Assembly: GCA_002269645.1 (NCBI GenBank)
Contig: NIVC01000426.1
Location: forward strand, 434,001-498,000
Length of the DNA stretch: 64,000 nucleotides
From: Macrostomum lignano
Taxonomy: Eukaryota
Reading direction: 5' to 3'
Both the position numbers and the translations under genes were made by a program. The notes below the pieces were generated by a model, which did no database searches, had not been told where the DNA came from, and was given only the letters and a program-made list of their open reading frames with translations. This document shows, piece by piece, positions 56,529 to 64,000 of this stretch (positions are counted from its first letter, which is position 1; every line of letters begins with the position of its first letter).

Positions 56529-59503
56529 TCAGTGGGCCTGCTGGAAGCTCACAGCTGCCGATGTCGGGGTGCCGAACGCGGCGGCGTGGCTGGCCGCGGC
56601 CAGTTGAGCAGCGGCAGCCGCGGCTGCTGCAGCCGGGTTGCCTCCGGCGGCGCCGAAACCGTTGAGCAGGCCGCCGCTGCGGGTTGTGGAGGGGGGGGCG
56701 AATTATTTATATTTATAACATTGGAATTGGCTGTTCAGTGTCTATGAGCGAACCTGTGTGCCTTCACCTGATACTGTCCATGGCCGAGACTCCCACCTGC
56801 ACCATTCATGCAGCCCCATGCACCCTGACACACTGTCTATGGCCGAGACCCCCACCTGCACCATTCATGCAGCCCCATGCACCCTGACACACTGTCTATG
56901 GCCGAGACCTGTGCCATTCACGCAGCTTCACGCACCCTGACACACTGTCTATGGCCGAGACCTGTGCCATTCACGCAGCTTCACGCACCCTGACACACTG
57001 TCTATGGCCGAGACCCCACCTGCCCCATTCACGCAGCCCCACGTACCCTGACACACTTTCTATGGCCGAGACCATTGCCGAGAACCCCACCTGCGCCAAT
57101 CACGCAGCTCCATGCACCCTGACTGTCTATGGCCGAGACCCTACCTGCGCCAATCACATGTATATTTACCTGGCGGCTCCACCTTGATAAGCGGAGGAGG
57201 CGGCAGCAGCGGCGGCGGCAGCTGCGGACGCATAATTAGCGTAGTTGATTGGCTGCTGCAGGTAGCTGAGCTGGTTGTAGGCCTGGTAAGCCAGCGGGCT
57301 GGCCGCCGTGGCGCCAGCCGTCGCCGCGTAGTAACCGTATGGCGTCATTAGAGCCTGCATAAAAAATATAGAAAATAAAACAGTTAGTTATTAATCTATA
57401 TTGATTGATTCTTTCATTGGGTTCAATTTAATTAAAATAATTGGCTTGGTGGTAGAGGGCCAAGTCTAAACCAATTGTCAGCTGCCCTAACCCGGATATC
57501 TGTTGCTTTTGTGGTGTCCTGAACCGTGAACAAGCAACAATGCTCTTTCAGTCCCGAATGCTCGCTGCAGTAAGGCTGCACGCGGATGATCCCACAGTCA
57601 CGCCAAGCTGATTTCACTGGCTGGTTCCCGGGATTTTCCGTTCCGCATCCTTTCGTTGCAGCTGGCGGGGTGGCCTGTGAATCGCTGATTTATTGACGGA
57701 AGCCTTGCTAGTGGCGCTTCTCACGCAGGTGAGGTCAGCTTGAGCCTTGTTCGGGGCAGTCAGGGTTTCATGTGCTCGGGCACAAACTTGGCTATCAGTG
57801 ACTGTGCCAGAGACTGGCTATCAGTGACTGTGCCGGACAATTGGCTATCAGTGACTGCGCCACAAAATTGGCTATCAGTGACTGTGCCAGAGACTTGGCT
57901 ATCAGTGACTGTGCCACAAACTTGGCTATCAGTGACTGTGCCAGACAATTGGCTATCAGTCAGTGACTGTGCCAGCGACTGGCTATCAGTGACTGTTACA
58001 CAAACTTGGCTATCAGTGACTGTGCCAGACAATTGGCTATCAGTGACTGTGCCAGAGACTTGTCTATCAGTGACTGTGCGAGACAATTGGCTATCAGTGA
58101 CTGTGCCAGACAAATTGGCTATCAGTGACTGTGCCAGACAATTGGCTATCAGTGACTGTGCCGGACAATTGGCTATCAGTGACTGTGCCAGAGACTTGTC
58201 TATCAGTGACTGTGTCAGACAATTGGCTATCAGTGACTGTGCGAGACAATTGGCTATCAGTGACTGTGCCAGACAATTGGCTATCAGTGACTGTGCCAGA
58301 CAATTGGCTATCAGTGACTGTGCCAGACAATTGGCTATCAGTGACTGTGCCAGACATTTGGCTATCAGCGACTGTGCCAGACAATTGGCTATCAGTGACT
58401 GTGCCAGAGACTGGCTATCAGTGGCTGTGCCGGACAATTGGCTATCAGTGACTGTGCCAGAGACTGGCTATCAGTGGCTGTGCCGGACAATTGGCTATCA
58501 GTGACTGTGCCAGAGACTGGCTATCAGTGGCTGTGCCAGAGACTTGGCTATACTATCAGTGACTGCGCCACAAACTTGGCTATCAGTGACTGTGCCGGAC
58601 AATTGGCTATCAGTGACTGTGCCGGACAATTGGCTATCAGTGACTGTGCCGGACAATTGGCTATCAGTGACTGTGCCGGACAATTGGCTATCAGTGACTG
58701 TGCCAGAATGTCTCAGTGACTCACCGCGGCATTCTCCTTGTCGTTGCTCTCCTTGCCCCAGGAGCACTTGCAGGGCTGGCCGCCGACATCCTTGCCGTGC
58801 ATGGTGATGATGGCCTTGGTTGCGCCCTCGTGCGTGTCGAAGCGGACAAAGGCGTAGCCCTTCTCTTTGAACACGCGGACTTCAAGGATCTCGCCGAAGT
58901 CTTTGAATGCTTCTCTGAGCAGCTCCTCTGCAAGTGATAGGAATATAGGATCAATAAGAATTCTGTTTTTTTTAAGATTGATCAGAATGGGGTTTGGGAT
59001 CGATCAGAATTAGGTTTTTGGATCGATCAGGATGGGGTTCGGGATCAATCAGAGTGGGTTTTGGGATCATGGGTGGGTTTTGGGATATATCAGGATGGGT
59101 TTTGGGATCGATCAGGATGGTTTTTGGGATCGATCAGGATTAGGTTTGGGATCAATCAGAGTGGGTTTTGGGATTGATGAAGATTGGTTTTGGGATCGAC
59201 CAGGATTGGGTTTGGGATCGATTAGGATTGGGTTCGGGATCAATCAGAGTGGGTTTTGGATCGATCAGGATTGGGTTCGGGATCGATCAGGATTGGGTTT
59301 GGGATCGATTAGGATTGGATTCGGGATCAATCAGAGTGGGTTTTGGATCGATCAGGATTGGGTTCGGGATCGATCAGCATCAGTTTAGGTATCAAATTGG
59401 GACTCACCGCACAGCCCACGCGTGATGCCGCCAACGTAGACAGTGCAGTTTGAGTTGGAAGCTGCCTGAGCAACTTCATCGTAGTTCAGCGGTTTCTGAT
59501 CGG
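56529..59503 (-). CDS. TIA1/TIAL1: TIA-1/TIAR (nucleolysin) RNA-binding protein, 3' part; exons 59408-59503, 58725-58927, 57170-57354, 56529-56676; RRM1-2 exons presumably beyond 64000
   Basis: KPLNYDEVAQAASNSNCTVYVGGITRGLC|EELLREAF...VFKEKGYAFVRF...CKCSWGKE matches TIA-1 RRM3; Tyr/Ala/Gln low-complexity tail; GT-AG phases consistent. Confidence 0.9.
56765..57150. repeat. ~59-bp minisatellite in the last TIA-1 intron
   Basis: CTGACACACTGTCTATGGCCGAGAC... at 56825 and 56884; ~7 copies. Confidence 0.92.
57785..58720. repeat. 27-bp minisatellite CAATTGGCTATCAGTGACTGTGCCAGA, TIA-1 intron
   Basis: ~34 copies abutting the donor at 58724. Confidence 0.97.
58980..59390. repeat. Degenerate ~21-bp repeat GGGTTTGGGATCGATCAGGATT, TIA-1 intron
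   Basis: Fills most of the 480-nt intron. Confidence 0.88.
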
Positions 59504-60354
59504 CTGCAATTTTGAAAAAATTTTACAGTTTCCAACTGAAATTTGGTTAGAACACTTGGAATACACTGTGTAGACTGCGTGAGCCGCGCCAACAATGCCC
59601 GCCACCAGTGCGCTCAAAATTGAGAACTCCCAGCCGGAAACGGCTCCTTCTCTCCCTCTCTGACTGCTTCGTCGGCCTGATCCTTTTTAAAAAAGTCAGT
59701 CTCCACGCAGGTGGGGCCTCATCAGTGTTGGAATGGGATCCGTCAGGGCAGGATATCCTCTTCAGAGTCTGGCTGAATCCACTGGGTCTCTTCATTAGTT
59801 CTCCACCTGAGGTGCTCCGATTCAATTCCCTCAGAATTCTGGCCTGAGATGAGGCTGAGGCGGGCGGGCCAGCGTTCCCATTGTGAGCTGGGATTCTCCA
59901 ATTTTCTTTAACAAAAGAACCAGCAGCCAGCCAGAGATCCCAGCGCGCGGTGCTAAACCGCTTTAACAGGATTCATCCATAGCCTCTGGCTTGAGTTCGG
60001 GTGTGTTGCGCAGATTCCGAGTCGAGAATGCGGAGAGCGAGAGGATCGGAGTTGAAAAAAGAGGAGAAACAAGGAGGGGAGAGGAGGGGAGGAGGGACAC
60101 GCGTCACTCAAAGTCTTCTATGCAGACTGGTGCAGTGGCGGAGTCCCTGTCCGGCCGATCAATAAGTATCGATATTGGGCTGATCTCTGCAAGCAAGTTT
60201 TTTTTACTTTTTTTACTCTGCAGGGCAGCGCTGGCTGTCTACGTAATTTAATTGACTTGTGCCGGGCGGGAGACAGCCCCCCCCCCCCTGCAGGCGTGCC
60301 TCCATCGACAGGCACTTGTTGACTAGTGGCTGTCCGAAGGGGGTTGTGATTGCC

Positions 60355-61655
60355 ACCTCAATGTCCTCATGATCCTCCAGTGTCTGTCACTGCTGCTGCC
60401 ACCTCAATGTCCTCATGATCCTCCAGTGTCTGTCACTGCTGCTGCCGCCTCAATGTCCTCATGATCCTCCAGTGTCTGTCACTGCTGCTGCCACCTCAAT
60501 GTCCTCATGATCCTCCAGTGTCTGTCACTGCTGCTGCCGCCTCAATGTCCTCATGATCCTCCAGTGTCTGTCACTGCTGCTGCCGCCTCAATGTCCTCAT
60601 GATCCTCCAGTGTCTGTCACTGCTGCTGCCACCTCAATGTCCTCATGATCCTTCAGTGTCTGTCACTGCTGCTGCCACCTCAATGTCCTCATGATCCTTC
60701 AGTGTCTGTCACTGCTGCTGCCACCTCAATGTCCTCATGATCCTTCAGTGTCTGTCACTGCTGCTGCCACCTCAATGTCCTCATGATCCTTCAGTGTCTG
60801 TCACTGCTGCTGCCACCTCAATGTCCTCATGATCCTTCAGTGTCTGTCACTGCTGCTGCCGCCTCAATGTCCTCATGATCCTCCAGTGTCTGTCACTGCT
60901 GCTGCCACCTCAATGTCCTCATGATCCTCCAGTGTCTGTCACTGCTGCTGCCACCTCAATGTCCTCATGATCCTTCAGTGTCTGTCACTGCTGCTGCCAC
61001 CTCAATGTCCTCATGATCCTTCAATGTCTGTCACTGCTGCTGCCACCTCAATGTCCTCATGATCCTTCAGTGTCTGTCACTGCTGCTGCCACCTCAATGT
61101 CCTCATGATCCTTCAGTGTCTGTCACTGCTGCTGCCGCCTCAATGTCCTCATGATCCTCCAGTGTCTGTCACTGCTGCTGCCACCTCAATGTCCTCATGA
61201 TCCTCCAGTGTCTGTCACTGCTGCTGCCACCTCAATGTCCTCATGATCCTTCAGTGTCTGTCACTGCTGCTGCCACCTCAATGTCCTCATGATCCTTCAA
61301 TGTCTGTCACTGCTGCTGCCACCTCAATGTCCTCATGATCCTTCAGTGTCTGTCACTGCTGCTGCCACCTCAATGTCCTCATGATCCTTCAGTGTCTGTC
61401 ACTGCTGCTGCCACCTCAATGTCCTCATGATCCTTCAGTGTCTGTCACTGCTGCTGCCACCTCAATGTCCTCATGATCCTTCAGTGTCTGTCACTGCTGC
61501 TGCCGCCTCAATGTCCTCATGATCCTCCAGTGTCTGTCACTGCTGCTGCCGCCTCAATGTCCTCATGATCCTCCAGTGTCTGTCACTGCTGCTGCCACCT
61601 CAATGTCCTCATGATCCTTCAATGTCTGTCACTGCTGCTGCCGCCTCAATGTCTT
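60355..61655. repeat. 46-bp minisatellite CCTCAATGTCCTCATGATCCTTCAGTGTCTGTCACTGCTGCTGCCA, ~28 copies
   Basis: Highly homogeneous tandem in the presumed TIA-1 intron. Confidence 0.98.
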
Positions 61656-62715
61656 CAGTGGTGCCGTGCCGCCATGGCCCCGGATGTTTCAATTCGCCTT
61701 TAATTTCGCCCTCTTTGCCCACAGTGCAATGTCAATCATCCAGAAGTGCATGCATCAGAAGTTCTACTAAAAAGCAGTCATGTATTTCGCATGCACTTGT
61801 ACACCCCTATAGCCGTGTCTCTGCAAGAGAGGTAGGAGAGAGAAGTCGCTGGGCAGGGGCAAAGAATGGCTAAGTGAATTCACACACTTTGCGGGAGTCG
61901 CCTGGAACACCGGAAGTGAGCGCTGAGAAGCGGAGGGTACGGGGGAAGCAGATGTGTATGCGGATGGAGGCCCCAGTCTCCTCTCCTCTCACCGTGCCGT
62001 GCAACTTCTTCAACCATCGTTTTTCTCTCCTTCACGCAGCCAGCTGGTAGCCCCATTCTCGCACTCCACAGCGTATCACGTGAGTCACGCTGCATGCGGG
62101 AGGCGGACAGAATTTTGGCATACATAAATGACTAAAGTGTGCAGAGTGAGTCTGCGCCCTCGCGACGGGACCGCCAGCACGCCTGTTTAACAGCAGTCGC
62201 TGTCAGGGGCATCTCATTGTTGAGCATGAGCACCGCAGAGTATGGAGCGAGAGAGAGAGAGAGCGGATGGAGAAGATTTGGATTAGAGGGATTTGGGCTT
62301 AGACTGCGGACTGCTGCCCTTCCCCCTCCTCCTTGCCCTTCCCAGGTGAGGCGCAGCGCCAGCGATGGCGGAGGCTGAGGCTGGGCTTTTGTCAGCAACT
62401 GACAGGTCATGTTTTATGCAGCTGCCGGTGCCGCTTTGCTCTGCGCTGCTCCCACAGCTGAGCAGGTGGCTGAGCCCGGCAGACTCAGTGGCGGCTATTA
62501 TACTGCCAGAGCTGCTGCTCAAGGTGAGGCCACCAAGCGGCATTCATATTTCATGCGCAAACGCAAATGGACGGGGGGCGTCGGTGCCGCATCATCGGTC
62601 CCGCTCTCAGAGCAGCTTCAAACAGCTCCACAACACTCCTCCCTGACTCAATTGTTCCTCTTTCTGATGGAGTTTATTTTTTGTGCGAGAGATTTCCAAT
62701 AGATAGCAGAGTCCA

Positions 62716-62746
62716 GAGTCTTCGCTGTAAGAGACCGTCGATATGG
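62716..62746 (-). other. Spliced-leader-like fragment (5' part of flatworm SL exon)
   Basis: Minus strand CCATATC-GACGGTCTCTTACAGCGAAGACTC vs recalled Macrostomum SL CCGTAAA-GACGGTCTCTTACTGCGAAGACTC-AATTTATTGCATG: 23/24 core, 27/31 ungapped. Reference is from memory. Confidence 0.6.
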
Positions 62747-62955
62747 ATTGAAGCCTAATAGTTAGAGTGTCGGGGGTTCGATTCCCGACCCACTCGGAAC
62801 AATTTGTGTCCTTGAGCAAGACACTTAACTCTGCACTGCTTCAGTTCACCCAGCTGTAAAATGGGTTCCAGCATTAGCTGGAGTAATTGAGGCTGTGTGG
62901 CGACCCCCCAGTCTTTGGACTGAACAGCCGTACGCAGCTTTCAGATGCGGGCAGG
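62746..62955 (+). mobile_element. tRNA-derived SINE, same family as 54651, anticodon arm deleted
   Basis: B-box GGTTCGATTCCC; CORE-like CAGCTGTAAAATGGG; deletion lies between two GTCGG microhomologies relative to the 54651 copy. Confidence 0.85.
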
Positions 62956-64000
62956 TGTGATCAATTATTTATCATTATTAGAGTCCAGGTATCGATGGCT
63001 AGCCTATGAAAGCTCGGCCCCAACTCGTATTAGATGTGTCAGCTGAGCTCAATTCGCCTGAAAGAAAGACAGAGTCAGAGTCAGAGTCAGAGTCAGAGAG
63101 AGGGGCATCTGAGAAGACAGATCTAGGCAACAACTTGTGCGATGTTTGCACAATGATGCTCCGTCTATATTGTATCTCAGAAAATTGCAGTCACGAACAG
63201 TACGCCTCCCAACCTCTCAGCATTTCCTGGCTCCGATAGAGAGCTCGGCTCGTGTGGAAGAGCCTCGGTTTCTTGTATTATCCGAGTACAACTGTGTTTA
63301 TACACCAGTACATCCACTATACTCTTCTGGCGTGACAGTTGGTCAGCAGTCAGCACCCTGGCAGGTAGCTACGGTTGCCTGTAGAAAGTCAGGGCTGCTG
63401 TACACCCTGTGTGAGCGTGTGTGTGAGTGCGTGCGGACAGTATTGACACGCTTGGATGCGCTCCCAATGCCGTTGGCTGTTGCGTTGGCGCTGCACCAAC
63501 TTTGCTAACCCCTGAGCACCAGGAAACAAACAGGAGGGAGAAAAATTAGATTGAAAAGAGAAGAGCGGAGAGACAGAGACCGATGACGGACGTGCTTAGA
63601 AGTCTGGCCTGATCATCTCAGCTCAGCTCTGTCTGTAATAACTCAGGCCACCGCACAAGCACCTCATTGTGAGCCGCCACTTCTGCTCTCCGTATGCATG
63701 CCCTCTCCCCCTCTCTTTCCGCTTCCTACGCCATCATTTTTATCGATTTCTTGTTTCCTTTTTGCCTCCAGGCGGCTGCTCCTCCCATCCCTCTGGTGTA
63801 GGTCGGTGCTGGGGGGGGGGGGGGTAAAAAAGCGGAGGGATGAGTTTTGGGTTGGACCACGACAGGGCCAAGCTGTATAGCAGCGATCCATTGTCATGCA
63901 ATGCGTTCAACTCTGCTGCTGCTGCTGCTGCTGCTTCTAGCGCTGCTGCAGAGAGGTGGAGAGATAGCCAGGGGGGGGGGAGAAAGACCCTATATGGTAT

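Noticed and set aside
59616-59905. Imperfect 19-bp inverted repeat upstream of a TIA-1 acceptor
   Set aside because: Needs two gaps and has little inner pairing; not distinguishable from chance.
60195-60225. Strong plus-strand acceptor (T-tract...CTGCAG) antisense to TIA-1
   Set aside because: No supporting downstream exon or ORF; T-runs are common here.
59547-63897. Short ORFs and missing TIA-1 RRM1/RRM2 exons
   Set aside because: No RNP1/RNP2 motifs found by eye on the minus strand; ORFs look non-coding, and the upstream exons probably lie beyond the window.

Overview
Eukaryotic (animal) genomic DNA, most consistent with a Macrostomum-like flatworm: GC-rich exons, introns packed with minisatellites, and a near-match to the Macrostomum spliced leader (SL) as I recall it. 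Seven protein-coding genes can be built from splice signals: frizzled 5/8 (+), a vWA protein with an Effector-of-Transcription-type GIY-YIG-like C-terminus (-), four tandem + strand housekeeping genes (ERGIC1, CHCHD2/10, CHMP3, a 3xCCCH/CHY zinc-finger protein) and the 3' half of a TIA-1/TIAR gene (-). About a third of the window (rough sum ~22 kb) is ~26 tandem arrays, nearly one private array per intron or spacer; they explain almost all long ORFs in the ORF track. ERGIC1 intron 1 is an AT-rich nest of MITEs, and tRNA-headed SINEs lie near 54.6 and 62.8 kb. Best leads: an SL-like fragment abutting a SINE head-to-head, the apparently inactive vWA/GIY-YIG fusion, a candidate SL-resolved operon, and arrays whose position and sequence track splice sites. 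All homology calls are from memory; no searches were run.
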